Assembly: GCA_016432325.1 (NCBI GenBank)
Contig: CP066684.1
Location: forward strand, 1 to 64,000
Reading direction: 5' to 3'
DNA length: 64,000 bases
From: Candidatus Aenigmatarchaeota archaeon
GTDB lineage: Archaea; Aenigmatarchaeota; Aenigmatarchaeia; PWEA01; JACQIF01
In this document: piece by piece, positions 46,815-56,972 of the stretch
How positions within the stretch are numbered: position 1 is the stretch's first letter
How the letters are laid out: every line of letters begins with the position of its first letter
The notes under the pieces: generated by a model
Seen by the model: only the letters and a program-made list of their open reading frames with translations
What the model was told of the DNA's origin: nothing
Database searches by the model: none
Made by a program: the position numbers and the translations under genes

Positions 46815-48128
46815 TTAAGGAACCAGCCTCTTCATGTCATGCGGGACGAACGTGACCTCGCGCACGTTCTTGACGCCGAGCATCTGCATGAGGAATCTCG
46901 TGAGACCGAAGCCCAGGCCGCCGTGCGGAGGCGTGCCGTAGCGGAAGAAGTCCAGATAAAACTGGACGTTTTCCATCTTCATCTTCTTTTCTGCCGCTTG
47001 CTTGAGCAGAACGTCATAACGGTGCTCGCGCTGCGAGCCTGATGTTATCTCCAGTCCCTTCCACAGCAGGTCGAAGCTTTTCGTAACTGCAGGATTCTTC
47101 TCGTTTCTCATGGTGTAGAACGGGCGAACGGCCCACGGGAACTCTGTCAGGAAAACGAACTCGTGTTTCTTCTTTTCCTGTATGTGCGTGCCCATCAGCT
47201 TCTCGCCTTCCGAATCGAGATCGGTGAAGTCATGCGTCTCCGCGGGAGCGCGGCCCGTTATCTTGTGGGCCTCCTTGATTGTGACGCGCGGGAAGGGCGT
47301 TTCCGGAACGACCACATCGACGCCGAACGCCTCCTTGATTTCAGAACCGAACTGCTTCTTGACGGATTCGAGGACGTGAACTATCATCTTCTCTTCATGC
47401 GCCATCACATCTTCTTCCGAATCTAGCCACGACATCTCGGCGTCCACTGACGTGTATTCAGTGTCGTGGCGGCTCGTCTCCGAAGGGTTCGCGCGGAAGA
47501 CCGGTGCAATCTCAAAGACTTTCTCAAAGCCGGCCATCATCGCCATCTGCTTGTAGAACTGCGGCGACTGTGCTAGGTAGCCGCTCCTGCCGAAGTACTC
47601 GACCTCGAACAGTTCTGCGCCCGTCTCGCTCGGAGAGCCCATTATCTTGGGAGAGTGTATCTCGATGAAGCCGTTCTTCAGCCAGAACTCGCGCATCGCG
47701 GCCTCGACAGCGGTCTGAATCCTAAATACCAGTAGGTTCTTCGGACTGCGCAGGTCCAGATATCTCCAGTCCAGCCGTTTGTCCAAACCCGTCGGCGTAT
47801 TGCCCCAGACGTCTATGGGCAGAGGCGTTTCGCTGCGCGAGAGTACGCTCCACTCCTTTACGACGAGCTCGTTCTCTCCCGACTTCACTTTGCCGCGGAC
47901 GACGTCGCCTGTGGCGGCGATGACGCTCTCGGGCGTGAGATTCTTCACCGACTCAAAATCTTTCACGTCGGGTTTGAAAGTCAGTTGGATAGTGCCCGAA
48001 CTATCGCGCAGTATTACGAAAGCAAGCTTTCCGACAGCACGGACGCTCTTTACCCAGCCTGCGACTGTCGCGTCGCCCTCGCTCTTCTTCGCATCTTCGG
48101 CGTGCAGACGCTTCTGAAGACGTACCAT
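46815..48128 (-). CDS. aspS: Aspartyl-tRNA synthetase (archaeal type)
   Basis: OB-fold, LAQSPQFYKQ, FRAN, RPFY, GSQREHRY, PPHGG. Confidence 0.96.
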   Translation of the reverse strand: MVRLQKRLHAEDAKKSEGDATVAGWVKSVRAVGKLAFVILRDSSGTIQLTFKPDVKDFESVKNLTPESVIAATGDVVRGKVKSGENELVVKEWSVLSRSETPLPIDVWGNTPTGLDKRLDWRYLDLRSPKNLLVFRIQTAVEAAMREFWLKNGFIEIHSPKIMGSPSETGAELFEVEYFGRSGYLAQSPQFYKQMAMMAGFEKVFEIAPVFRANPSETSRHDTEYTSVDAEMSWLDSEEDVMAHEEKMIVHVLESVKKQFGSEIKEAFGVDVVVPETPFPRVTIKEAHKITGRAPAETHDFTDLDSEGEKLMGTHIQEKKKHEFVFLTEFPWAVRPFYTMRNEKNPAVTKSFDLLWKGLEITSGSQREHRYDVLLKQAAEKKMKMENVQFYLDFFRYGTPPHGGLGFGLTRFLMQMLGVKNVREVTFVPHDMKRLVP

Positions 48129-48133
48129 GGAAA

Positions 48134-48361
48134 TCACAGGTTTGTAGCGAGGGTCCACACGATTATCCAGATGAAGACATACATGAAGGCCAGTCCCAGC
48201 GCCTTCTTCTTGAAGTCAGGGACTTTCTTGGTCAGTTGCGCGGCTGCAAGAAACGCCACTATTCCAAGCGCGTATGCGGCGTATTTGGGAACGAATGCCG
48301 AAATTGCGCCGACTGCTATGGCCAGCGCCACATACACCAAGTTGAGTTTCCTGTCGTCCAT
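48134..48361 (-). CDS. Small three-TM protein, possibly archaeal EMC6-like
   Basis: Three hydrophobic helices ending YVFIWIIVWTLATNL. Confidence 0.6.
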   Translation of the reverse strand: MDDRKLNLVYVALAIAVGAISAFVPKYAAYALGIVAFLAAAQLTKKVPDFKKKALGLAFMYVFIWIIVWTLATNL

Positions 48362-48448
48362 TTGCCGAACCTCGCGAGTAAGACCCGAGACTCGTCCCGG
48401 GACAGGTCGCTATTTATAACGGGGATTTAAATATACAAGGGAAAGACG

Positions 48449-49054
48449 ATGTTGCGATATCTCGTGGTGCTGCTTCTCGCCGTCGCATTCATCTTGGCTG
48501 CCAACGAAGCCGAAGCCCAACAGCAGACCGAGCTGCGCCTCTTCGTAGAGGCTTCGATAGGCGTCTCTGTGGAAGCGCCGGACAAGGTTACGCTCAACCT
48601 CGGAGAGCCCGGCGGTTTCTTCATGACCATCGTGAACGAGGGGAACATCCGCGACAAGATACGCGTCGAAGGCGCGCTGGTCCCGAAAAACGACTGGGTG
48701 GATTTCGCGTTCGCCTGCACAGGCGGTCTGGGGGAATGCGACTCCGTGCTGGGTTCCGGCATGCACACCATAGACAACATCGAGCTGACGCCTGAGATAA
48801 ACTCGACCACGGTTTTCGTCGAGATGGAAGGATGGAGAAAGACGTCCACGTTCTCTAAGGCGAACAAGCCCGTTCTCGCGCTCACCGGATACTCGCTGAC
48901 GAATTCTACAAAACAGAGCCTGAAGGCGATAGAGGTCGACGTAGTGGACCCCAACGCAAGCTTCGGTCCCCTTGCCGCGCCTGAGCTGAATCCGTACGCG
49001 AGCATAGCCCTGATGGTTCTCGCCGGAATGATTGCATACCGCGGCACCTTCTAG
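48449..49054 (+). CDS. Exported protein with C-terminal membrane anchor
   Basis: Signal peptide; APEL followed by a TM helix and YR. Confidence 0.7.
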   Translation: MLRYLVVLLLAVAFILAANEAEAQQQTELRLFVEASIGVSVEAPDKVTLNLGEPGGFFMTIVNEGNIRDKIRVEGALVPKNDWVDFAFACTGGLGECDSVLGSGMHTIDNIELTPEINSTTVFVEMEGWRKTSTFSKANKPVLALTGYSLTNSTKQSLKAIEVDVVDPNASFGPLAAPELNPYASIALMVLAGMIAYRGTF

Positions 49055-49087
49055 CTCTTTTTATAACAGCGCGTCATACGTTCGCTT

Positions 49088-50062
49088 ATGACAATTCACA
49101 AGGTAGTCGCTGAGTTGAAGAAGGCGCGCAAGATAGCGATACTCACGCACCACAATGCCGATCTCGACTCTGTCTGCCCGGCGCTTGTATTGAAGGAGGT
49201 TCTGCAAAACCAAGGCAAGGAAGCGATGGTAGGCGCGGCAGAGAGCGTCAGTAAAGGAGCGAGGCGCATGATAGAAGGGCACGACGTTAAGATAGACCCT
49301 GACGTGAGCGCGTACGACCTGGTCGTTACGATAGACTGTGCGTCTCCCGAACAGCTTCTTCCCATCAAGCTGGACTACACGAAACTCGTGGTTATTGACC
49401 ACCACCAACCCGGTGCGCTCGCGGAGAAGGCCGTGGCAGCGTACGTCGACTCTACGTCGCGCTCGTGCACGCAGATCGTTTACAAGATAGTCAAGGAGTT
49501 TGATGTGAAGCTGACGCCTGATATGGCCAAACTGCTCATCGCCGGAATCGTCGGAGACACCGCATACCTGCGTTTCGCTGACATCGAGATATTCGAGATT
49601 CTGATAGAACTGCTCAAGATATCGGGGAAGAAGTACCACGAGATTCTGGACCTGCTCGGTTCCGAGACGGACGTTTCCGAACGCATAGCCATTCTGAAGT
49701 CCGCGAAGAGGATTCACGCGTATTCTGTCGGAGACGTGCTGGTCGTCTTTTCCACGGTCGGCTCTTTTGAAGCGTCCGTCGCACGCTCGTTCCTGAAGCT
49801 CGGTTCGGATATAGCGATCGTTGCGGTTCCGCGCGACGGAGCCGTGCGCATCTCGGGCCGCATGAACTGGACGCTGAGGCCCAAACTGAACTTAGCGACA
49901 GAAATCTTCAAGCCCTGCGAGGCGTTCATCGGGGGCTCGGCAGGCGGGCATGACGCGGCCGCTTCGGCGAACGGCACCAAGCCCGAGAACATAAAGCGTA
50001 CGTTCGAAGAGATGCTGAAGCTCTTGGAGAAGAAGCTCGGCGCGAAAGCGAAGGAGATTTGA
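49088..50062 (+). CDS. DHH/DHHA1 phosphoesterase
   Basis: HHNADLDS, IDHH, GIVGDT, GGH. Confidence 0.92.
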   Translation: MTIHKVVAELKKARKIAILTHHNADLDSVCPALVLKEVLQNQGKEAMVGAAESVSKGARRMIEGHDVKIDPDVSAYDLVVTIDCASPEQLLPIKLDYTKLVVIDHHQPGALAEKAVAAYVDSTSRSCTQIVYKIVKEFDVKLTPDMAKLLIAGIVGDTAYLRFADIEIFEILIELLKISGKKYHEILDLLGSETDVSERIAILKSAKRIHAYSVGDVLVVFSTVGSFEASVARSFLKLGSDIAIVAVPRDGAVRISGRMNWTLRPKLNLATEIFKPCEAFIGGSAGGHDAAASANGTKPENIKRTFEEMLKLLEKKLGAKAKEI

Positions 50063-50109
50063 GAGGCCTACAGATGAATTATAAATAGCTTAGGTTGTGA
50101 TAGTGACCC

Positions 50110-50703
50110 ATGGCGACGAGCAACTATAGCATTCCGGTGAGGCGCGCAGCCTTGCCGCCGTATCTTTCTCAAAAGGAAGAATGGGCGCAAGGTGTGGCAG
50201 ACAACATCTCGTCTTTTGCCACGGCATTGACAGACGCCCCTAACAGGTCCCATGTGCGTGTTGTACCCGGCTCTAATGTAGACATAGCAGAGAACCTTTC
50301 GTGGGGGCCTGCTAAGGAGGCGTGGCTGTGGGGGTTCGTGGAGGTCGAAAATCCTCTTGGGTTTGCAGACACAGAAGACGGCTTGGTTATCCGTGTCGCG
50401 TGCAGTCGGACGTGGCGGCAGATGCCTGACGTGTTCTTCCCTAAGGCCGACGATCATCCAGTCGAAATACAGGCGCAGTGGGGCAAGTTGACAGGTTTCT
50501 ATCCAGGAGTTCCACTATCTGTCTATAGAGACCCCTACGGCCAGCTTACGGGGGAAACGGTTCTTTCGCCCAGAACGGTAGACGCTATGGCAAGAACGGT
50601 TGGCGAAAGATTTGACCGAAAGGGAGACGAGATAATGGCGCTTAGGAGTCCAGACAAACTCTGGAGAGAACAGTACGGCAGGACGGTGCGGGTGGAGCAT
50701 TAG
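50110..50703 (+). CDS. Hypothetical protein
   Basis: 197-aa ORF, TTATAAA box upstream, abuts the next ORF. Confidence 0.55.
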   Translation: MATSNYSIPVRRAALPPYLSQKEEWAQGVADNISSFATALTDAPNRSHVRVVPGSNVDIAENLSWGPAKEAWLWGFVEVENPLGFADTEDGLVIRVACSRTWRQMPDVFFPKADDHPVEIQAQWGKLTGFYPGVPLSVYRDPYGQLTGETVLSPRTVDAMARTVGERFDRKGDEIMALRSPDKLWREQYGRTVRVEH

Positions 50704-51237
50704 ATGCCAGTCAATACAATGTCGTTCGAAGCCAAGGTTCCCCGCATAGGCACGTATTCTACGAAGGGCGCGCCCATTGCGATGGGGACCCTCGGTAAGA
50801 TTGACGGGGAGATAGACGCAGGCGCGATTAAGAGCATTAACATAGAAGACATGTTCAGTTATGATTACGCGGTTCAGAAAGAAAACAGCGCCCTCACTCA
50901 TCTGCATCCTGTGGTCGAGACCGTATGGGTCGCCAAAGGCCCGTACCACGACCCGGAGTTCGTCGATGTCGTAGGAGAGTACAAGACCGGCCAAACCGTC
51001 CAATATCCGGCGCATTCGATACACACGCCGACAAGCGACGACGGCGCGCTCCTGTTCTGCATATCCAGATTCCCGAAGTTCAACAGCAGGCGAGCCGACC
51101 AGCCCGACTCTGAAAATCCGCTCCTGAAGCATCTGACAGAACACGGCGCCGAAGTCGCGCAAGTGATGGGCGTCCCTGCTGAAACACTCATCGAATTCTA
51201 CAGACAGAATCAAGTCGTACGACCAGCGAAGGCCTAG
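50704..51237 (+). CDS. Cupin-like protein
   Basis: HLHPVVETVWVAKG and GQTVQYPAHSIHTP cupin motifs 1 and 2. Confidence 0.65.
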   Translation: MPVNTMSFEAKVPRIGTYSTKGAPIAMGTLGKIDGEIDAGAIKSINIEDMFSYDYAVQKENSALTHLHPVVETVWVAKGPYHDPEFVDVVGEYKTGQTVQYPAHSIHTPTSDDGALLFCISRFPKFNSRRADQPDSENPLLKHLTEHGAEVAQVMGVPAETLIEFYRQNQVVRPAKA

Positions 51238-51303
51238 TCGCTGCATTTAAATACCTTATCCGGCTACTCACGCCAGATGTTCGCTACATCTGCGGTGAGG
51301 GGC

Positions 51304-51552
51304 ATGGACACAGAACCTATTGTGCAAGCTATAGAGCAGATTCTCACGGACCGCGGGGTCCCGAAAAACATCAAATCCTCCTGCGATGAGTGCCTGCGCG
51401 CCCTCAAGGATGAGAAGGAAGACCTTTCCGTGCGCCTCAATACGTGCATCTCCGTTCTCGACGAAGTATCGAACGATCCGAACATCCCGATGCACACGCG
51501 GACCTTCGTCTGGAACATCGTTTCCATGCTCGAGGCGGCGCAGCACGCTTAA
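51304..51552 (+). CDS. UPF0147 family protein
   Basis: DRGVPKNI, LDEVSNDPNIPMHTRT..W. Confidence 0.92.
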   Translation: MDTEPIVQAIEQILTDRGVPKNIKSSCDECLRALKDEKEDLSVRLNTCISVLDEVSNDPNIPMHTRTFVWNIVSMLEAAQHA

Positions 51553-51576
51553 ATCCTTCCATTCTAGACTGCTGTC

Positions 51577-52002
51577 ATGGAGAACGTCCAGATCAGAGAT
51601 TACACGGACGCGGATTACAACCAAGTAAAACAAATTCTGATAGAAGGAAATCTCTTTGATGAAACTCTGGACAGCAGAGACAACCTCCGGAAGAAAATAG
51701 AGCGGGATCCGGCCTCCATTATAGTCGCGGTGTTCGATAACCGTGTGATAGGCAACGCCTATATTGTAGAGGACGGATGGGCCCATTTCATATTTCGTCT
51801 GAGCGTCAGCAAAGAACACAGAAAGCGCGGTGTAGGCAAACTTCTGATGCAAGCCGCGGAGAAGAGGATGAAAGACAGAGGGACGCCGGAGGTTGGTCTC
51901 TTAGTTAGAAGCGACGACAACGAGTTAGTCGGCTACTACAAGAAACAGGGGTACACGCATTCCGAAAAGACCTTCAGGTTCATGTGGAAGAAGCTCTCTT
52001 AG
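51577..52002 (+). CDS. GNAT acetyltransferase
   Basis: V..EHRKRGVGKLLM, YYKKQGY. Confidence 0.9.
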   Translation: MENVQIRDYTDADYNQVKQILIEGNLFDETLDSRDNLRKKIERDPASIIVAVFDNRVIGNAYIVEDGWAHFIFRLSVSKEHRKRGVGKLLMQAAEKRMKDRGTPEVGLLVRSDDNELVGYYKKQGYTHSEKTFRFMWKKLS

Positions 52003-52621
52003 AAAGAATCCAGAACAGTACCATCGTCGCAGTCACGCTTTCTATCGCAATCGCGTTCAGGTACGGGCCTGCTATGAAGGGTATCGGATACGGAACCGTT
52101 CCTATTACGTAATCGAAAAAGTCGTTCAGAAGGAACCACGCCAGAACGAGCGCCGCGTGCTCTCGCTTGACGCGCCCTTTCCAGACGGAGAGCAGCACGA
52201 ACGCCTCGAGAACCATTCCCACGTGAAGCGCGATAAGCGCAGCGGAGAACGACGCCTTGAGAACGAAAAACGAAGGCCAGAACAGGAGAAGAACGAACAC
52301 GGACCACACGCCGACTTTGATGAGGTAAATCGACGTCAGGAGGTTCAGCGCGGGATGCTGGTATTTCTTGAACGCGTATAGGAAAAGGAATGTTGCGAAC
52401 AGGAAGACGGCGGTAGGCGAGTCGGGCACGAGCGGCAGAAGGTAGAACGGCGTCGCCATGAACTGTTCCCAATAATAGTAGATTCCGAAGGCGACGCCGA
52501 TGAGATTGATTACGATTAGGAGAAGAGCAAGCCTCCTATCCTTTGCGAATCTTCGAACGTCCCGCGTTCGAAGTTTTCGAACCGCGTTCGAAAGCATTGC
52601 GAAAAGCCGTTTCCACTGCAT
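51980..52621 (-). CDS. DUF1405-like membrane protein with a palindromic N-terminal insertion
   Basis: FGIYYYWEQ, VPDSP, KVGVW, H.GM..EA, LNDFFDY. Confidence 0.8.
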   Translation of the reverse strand: MQWKRLFAMLSNAVRKLRTRDVRRFAKDRRLALLLIVINLIGVAFGIYYYWEQFMATPFYLLPLVPDSPTAVFLFATFLFLYAFKKYQHPALNLLTSIYLIKVGVWSVFVLLLFWPSFFVLKASFSAALIALHVGMVLEAFVLLSVWKGRVKREHAALVLAWFLLNDFFDYVIGTVPYPIPFIAGPYLNAIAIESVTATMVLFWILSKRASST

Positions 52622-53098
52622 CTACTTCTTCCTCTTGATTCGCATCGGATTGCCGTGAGCGAACGCTCCTGCGGGCACGTCGCGGTCCACCAGAGTCATC
52701 GCCGAGACTGTCGCGTTATCGCCTATCGTCACGCCTGCGAGTATCGTGGCGTTCGCACCAACGAGGACGCGCTTTCCTATTTTCGTCGCGCCGCGCCTCC
52801 ATTCCTTCTGTAAAAACTCGTGGCTCAGGACAGTAGCGTTGTATCCGATTATGGTCTCGTCTCCGATTTCAATCAGTTCCGGGAAGAATATGTCGAAAGA
52901 CGCGTCAAGAGCGACGCGCACGTGGCGGCCGAGCCTGATGCCGATAAGGCGGTAGAGAACGTTCTTAACCGTCAGAGGCGCGCCCCTCGCCAGCTTCATC
53001 AGGACCATGTTCTTCGTCACAGAAAAAGGATTGCGCGCGCCCATCCAGTAGTAGAGACTGTTGTGTTCTCCGACAGGGAAGCGTTCGAGACGGCGCAT
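52622..53098 (-). CDS. Hexapeptide-repeat (LbH) acyltransferase
   Basis: FPELIEIGDETIIG, IGKRVLVGANATILAGVTIG. Confidence 0.9.
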   Translation of the reverse strand: MRRLERFPVGEHNSLYYWMGARNPFSVTKNMVLMKLARGAPLTVKNVLYRLIGIRLGRHVRVALDASFDIFFPELIEIGDETIIGYNATVLSHEFLQKEWRRGATKIGKRVLVGANATILAGVTIGDNATVSAMTLVDRDVPAGAFAHGNPMRIKRKK

Positions 53099-53213
53099 GG
53101 AACGTAATTGTTTCGACCTTCCTTATAGCCTTTATATAGCTTCCGTCCCGATTCCAGTACGCCCGGCGCTGACACCAGACGCGTGACGGACGAGCTGGGC
53201 AAGGTGATATGAA

Positions 53214-53651
53214 ATGGCATTTAGAACGGTAGTTTCTACGAAAGACGGAAAAGCATTCCAAAAGGAAGTCGAGGCGCCTTCTCTCGTCGGATTGAAGATA
53301 GGCGAAAAGGTCGACGGTTCGCTCGTGGGACTGAACGGCTACACGCTTGAGATTACGGGCGGCAGCGACAAGGAAGGCTTCCCGATGCGGCGCGACCTGC
53401 CCGGTCTCGCCCGAAAGAAGATTCTTCTGACAGGAGGCAGCGGATACAACGCGCCGCAGAGCGGCGTGCGCAAGCGCAAGTCCGTCAGAGGAAACACCGT
53501 GTCCGAACTTATAATACAGGTGAATCTCAAGGTCATTACGGCAGGCGAGAAGCCCGTGCACGAGCTTTGGGGAATAACGCCAAAACCACCCAAGGAAAAG
53601 TGGAAAGCGCCGGAAGGAGAAGCCAAGCCGGCGCCGGAAGAGAAGACGTGA
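53214..53651 (+). CDS. rps6e: 30S ribosomal protein S6e
   Basis: ITGGSDKEGFPM, RKRKSVRGN. Confidence 0.97.
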   Translation: MAFRTVVSTKDGKAFQKEVEAPSLVGLKIGEKVDGSLVGLNGYTLEITGGSDKEGFPMRRDLPGLARKKILLTGGSGYNAPQSGVRKRKSVRGNTVSELIIQVNLKVITAGEKPVHELWGITPKPPKEKWKAPEGEAKPAPEEKT

Positions 53652-53652
53652 G

Positions 53653-54900
53653 GTGGGCCCTTTCACGGACAAAACCTCTCTGGATTCGCGTTTCGTTCCA
53701 GAAGTCAACATCGGTCTGGTCGGCCACGTCGACCACGGAAAGACGACGCTCGTCGAGGCGCTCACCGGCAAGTGGACAGACACGCATTCGGAAGAACAGA
53801 AGAGAGGCATAACGATACGTCTCGGTTATGCGGACGTCACTTTTTACAAATGTTCGAAGGACGGCCAGTGGTGCAACGGCGCGAAATGCCCTACGTGCTT
53901 CGGAGACGCGGAACCTGTGCGCACCGTGTCGTTCGTGGACGCTCCCGGACACAGCACCCTGATGGCCACGGTTCTTTCAGGCGCTTCCATAATGGACGGA
54001 GCGTTGCTCCTTGTATCGGCGAGCGAGAAATGTCCTCAGCCGCAGACAGCCGAACATCTGATTGCACTGGACATCGTTGGAATCAGGAACGTCATCATCG
54101 TGCAGAACAAGATTGACTCTGTCGATGAAAAACGCGTGCGCGAGAGCTACGAAGAAATAAAAAAGTTCGTCAAAGGGACTGTCGCGGAAAACGCGCCTGT
54201 GATCCCAATTTCGGCTCTGCAGAGAATAAACATAGACGCGCTCATCGAGACTATACAGGAAAAGATTGCGACTCCTTCGAGGGATCCGAAGAAAGAGCCC
54301 AAGATGTACGTCGCGCGTTCCTTCGACATCAACAAACCCGGTACGTCATACGACAAGCTGAACGGCGGCGTGCTCGGCGGTTCCATCGTTCAGGGAATCT
54401 TGAACGTCGCAGACGAAATAGAGATAAGGCCGGGATGGGAGAAGGGAGGCAAATGGATGTCGCTGCGTACGACCGTGGCCGGACTTCAGAAGGTCGGGAA
54501 GAATGTGGACGAGGCGGGCCCGGGCGGCTTGCTCGGAATTTCGACAAAACTCGATCCGTTCCTGACGAAAGCAGACTCTCTCGCCGGCCACGTAGTCGGA
54601 CTGCCCGGAAAGCTCCCGCCGGTTCACACGAAGCTGCTGCTTGACGTGCATCTGCTGGAGAAGATGGTCGAGACGAGCGAGCGCGTGAAGCCCATAAACA
54701 CCAACGAGCCCCTGATGATGACCTGCGCCGTCGCGAAGACCGCTGGCGTCGTGACGTCGGCGCGCAAGGAAGGCAGGGAGGTCGAGATCGTTCTGAAACT
54801 GCCGATATGCGCGGATTACGGCGACCGCGTCGCCATTTCGCGCCTGCACCAGAATCGCTGGCGTCTTATAGGACACGGAATCATAAAGCGTGCTACTTGA
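53653..54900 (+). CDS. eif2g: Translation initiation factor 2 gamma
   Basis: GHVDHGKTT, RGITI, DAPGH, QNKID, RSFD. Confidence 0.98.
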   Translation: MGPFTDKTSLDSRFVPEVNIGLVGHVDHGKTTLVEALTGKWTDTHSEEQKRGITIRLGYADVTFYKCSKDGQWCNGAKCPTCFGDAEPVRTVSFVDAPGHSTLMATVLSGASIMDGALLLVSASEKCPQPQTAEHLIALDIVGIRNVIIVQNKIDSVDEKRVRESYEEIKKFVKGTVAENAPVIPISALQRINIDALIETIQEKIATPSRDPKKEPKMYVARSFDINKPGTSYDKLNGGVLGGSIVQGILNVADEIEIRPGWEKGGKWMSLRTTVAGLQKVGKNVDEAGPGGLLGISTKLDPFLTKADSLAGHVVGLPGKLPPVHTKLLLDVHLLEKMVETSERVKPINTNEPLMMTCAVAKTAGVVTSARKEGREVEIVLKLPICADYGDRVAISRLHQNRWRLIGHGIIKRAT

Positions 54901-55519
54901 TGCTGAAATTCTTCACTCCCTTTGCGTTCTTCAGCTTCCCGGGGAGCGCGCGTATCTCTTCGCTGCTGCCGCTCGACATGAACGTTGCCGTGTACTCGCC
55001 GCCCTTCACGCGGAAGGACGACTCCATGTAGACGCTCTTCTTCGGGAGCATGCGCCTCACGCGTTCTATGGTGCCGGCCCCGGACGCCGTGACCGTAATC
55101 ATCTTCGCGTAGCGGCCGAAGCCGATGCGCTCGAAGTAGGCGTCTATCACCATCACAACGGCTATGAAAAAGTAGAGAAGAAGCCCTTCGGCGAACATTC
55201 CGGCGCCCATCGAGACGCCGAAGACGGCGGACGCCCATATGGAAGCCGCGGTGGTGAAACCGAAGACCTTGTCTTGGTAGCGCAGCAGGGAGCCTGCGCC
55301 GAGGAAGCCTATTCCGGTTATGATACCTCCGACCACTATTACCGGGCTGCCGCCCAGTTCTGTAGCGACCACGGTGAGCACAGAGCATCCGGTCGCAACG
55401 AGCGCGAACGTCCCGAAGCCGACCGGCTTCTTGCGTATCTGTCTCTCCAGACCGAACATGAGGGAGAGCAGAAACGTCAAACCGACGCGCAGCAGTACCT
55501 CGTAGAACTCAAGCGGCAT
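54893..55519 (-). CDS. MgtC/SapB family membrane protein
   Basis: GLERQ...KPVG..T, GIGFLGAG, TTAASIW. Confidence 0.92.
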   Translation of the reverse strand: MPLEFYEVLLRVGLTFLLSLMFGLERQIRKKPVGFGTFALVATGCSVLTVVATELGGSPVIVVGGIITGIGFLGAGSLLRYQDKVFGFTTAASIWASAVFGVSMGAGMFAEGLLLYFFIAVVMVIDAYFERIGFGRYAKMITVTASGAGTIERVRRMLPKKSVYMESSFRVKGGEYTATFMSSGSSEEIRALPGKLKNAKGVKNFSIK

Positions 55520-55565
55520 GTTTAGACGTAACTCTGCATATTAAAATAGCCTTTCTACTATCTTC

Positions 55566-56969
55566 ATGAACCCGAGTCTTCAGGGAGTTATAACAGACGT
55601 TCTGCGCGAGGTCGTTCCCTCGCAGGAGGAGAAGGACGCTATACGCCGCCTGCAGGACAAGCTTCTTACAAGGGCGTACGCAGTTGTGAAGCAGCGGTAT
55701 TCCATAGAGCCGGTCTTCACAGGTTCCATAGCAAAGGGCACGTGGATGGCCGGCGCCAAAGACATAGACCTGTTCCTGATGTTCCACGAGCGCGTGCCGC
55801 GGGACGAGCTGGAACGCACGGGCCTCGACGTCGCCAAACAGATTGTGCAGGACATGGGAGGCCGCTGGGAGATCGCTTACGCGGAACACCCGTATCTGCG
55901 CGCTCAGATAGAGGGCCACAAAGTCGATATCGTACCTGCCTACGACGTGAAAGACGCCTCGAAGATAAAATCTGCGGTTGACCGCACGCCGCATCACGTT
56001 CGCTACATCCAGAGCGCGTTAGATAAGAATCTCCTCAACGAGGTGCGCCTCCTGAAGAAGTTCTGCGTCGGAGCAGGCGTCTACGGCTCTGACCTGAAGA
56101 CAGAAGGCTTCTCGGGCTACCTGTGCGAACTGCTGGTCGTCGAATACGGAACGTTCGAAGACGTTCTTCGTGCTGTCGTGCAGTGGAGGCCCGGAACAAT
56201 CATAGACGTCGAGGAGCATCACGCGGAGGCTTCCCTGAAGAAGAAGTTCCCGCACGATCCGCTCGTCGTGATAGATCCAGTAGACCCGAACAGGAACGTC
56301 GCCGCTGTCCTGTCGTTGGAAAACTTCCTGGTGTTTATACGCCGCGCGCGAGAGTTTTTGCAGGAGCCCAAGTTCTCGGCGTTCTTCCGTTTGCCTGTGA
56401 TGGCACCATCGATGGAAGAGTTGCAGAGGCATCTGGACGAGCGCCAGACGCGTTTCGTTTTCATCCGTTTCAGCACGCCCGACGTGCTCGACGACGTGCT
56501 CTGGCCGCAGCTTCGCAAATGCACGGAACGCGTCCGCACGCTTCTGGAGGAGAACGAGTTCGAGGTCCTGCGCACGGGAATCTGGAGTAGCGACGTGGCG
56601 ACCGTGCTCGTGATAGAACTGCTCGTGGATGAACTGCCTGCGATACAGAAGCGCCGCGGCCCGTCGGCCTTTGACGCCGCCAGCTCGAAGAGCTTCCTCG
56701 ATCACTATCGCGGCTACAACGTTTTTCTTGAGGACGGCTTCTGGGCCGTTGAATTCAAGCGCAAGAACCGCAACGCGATGGAACTCCTGCGGGCGTTCTT
56801 GGGTGAAGGCGAGTCCGAATTGAGGGCGAAGGGCGTTCCGTCATATGTAGCGGCGGCGCTTCACGAGGACGTCGAGCTTGCGACAGGAGAACACGTCGCG
56901 CGTCTGCTCAGGCGTTTCGACAGCTTGCGGGCGTTCATGTACAACTACTTCCACAGGAATTTGGTGTAA
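55566..56969 (+). CDS. cca: CCA-adding enzyme (class I)
   Basis: GS.AKGTW...DIDLF, YAEHPY, SAVDRTP.H, GFSGYLCEL, DPVDPNRN. Confidence 0.97.
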   Translation: MNPSLQGVITDVLREVVPSQEEKDAIRRLQDKLLTRAYAVVKQRYSIEPVFTGSIAKGTWMAGAKDIDLFLMFHERVPRDELERTGLDVAKQIVQDMGGRWEIAYAEHPYLRAQIEGHKVDIVPAYDVKDASKIKSAVDRTPHHVRYIQSALDKNLLNEVRLLKKFCVGAGVYGSDLKTEGFSGYLCELLVVEYGTFEDVLRAVVQWRPGTIIDVEEHHAEASLKKKFPHDPLVVIDPVDPNRNVAAVLSLENFLVFIRRAREFLQEPKFSAFFRLPVMAPSMEELQRHLDERQTRFVFIRFSTPDVLDDVLWPQLRKCTERVRTLLEENEFEVLRTGIWSSDVATVLVIELLVDELPAIQKRRGPSAFDAASSKSFLDHYRGYNVFLEDGFWAVEFKRKNRNAMELLRAFLGEGESELRAKGVPSYVAAALHEDVELATGEHVARLLRRFDSLRAFMYNYFHRNLV

Positions 56970-56972
56970 CTC

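Noticed and set aside
46815-48128. Calling AspRS discriminating or non-discriminating
   Set aside because: The diagnostic anticodon-domain positions are atypical by eye; a proper alignment is needed
55566-56969. CCA enzyme despite all six tRNAs encoding CCA
   Set aside because: A repair role is ordinary, and other tRNAs in the genome may lack CCA
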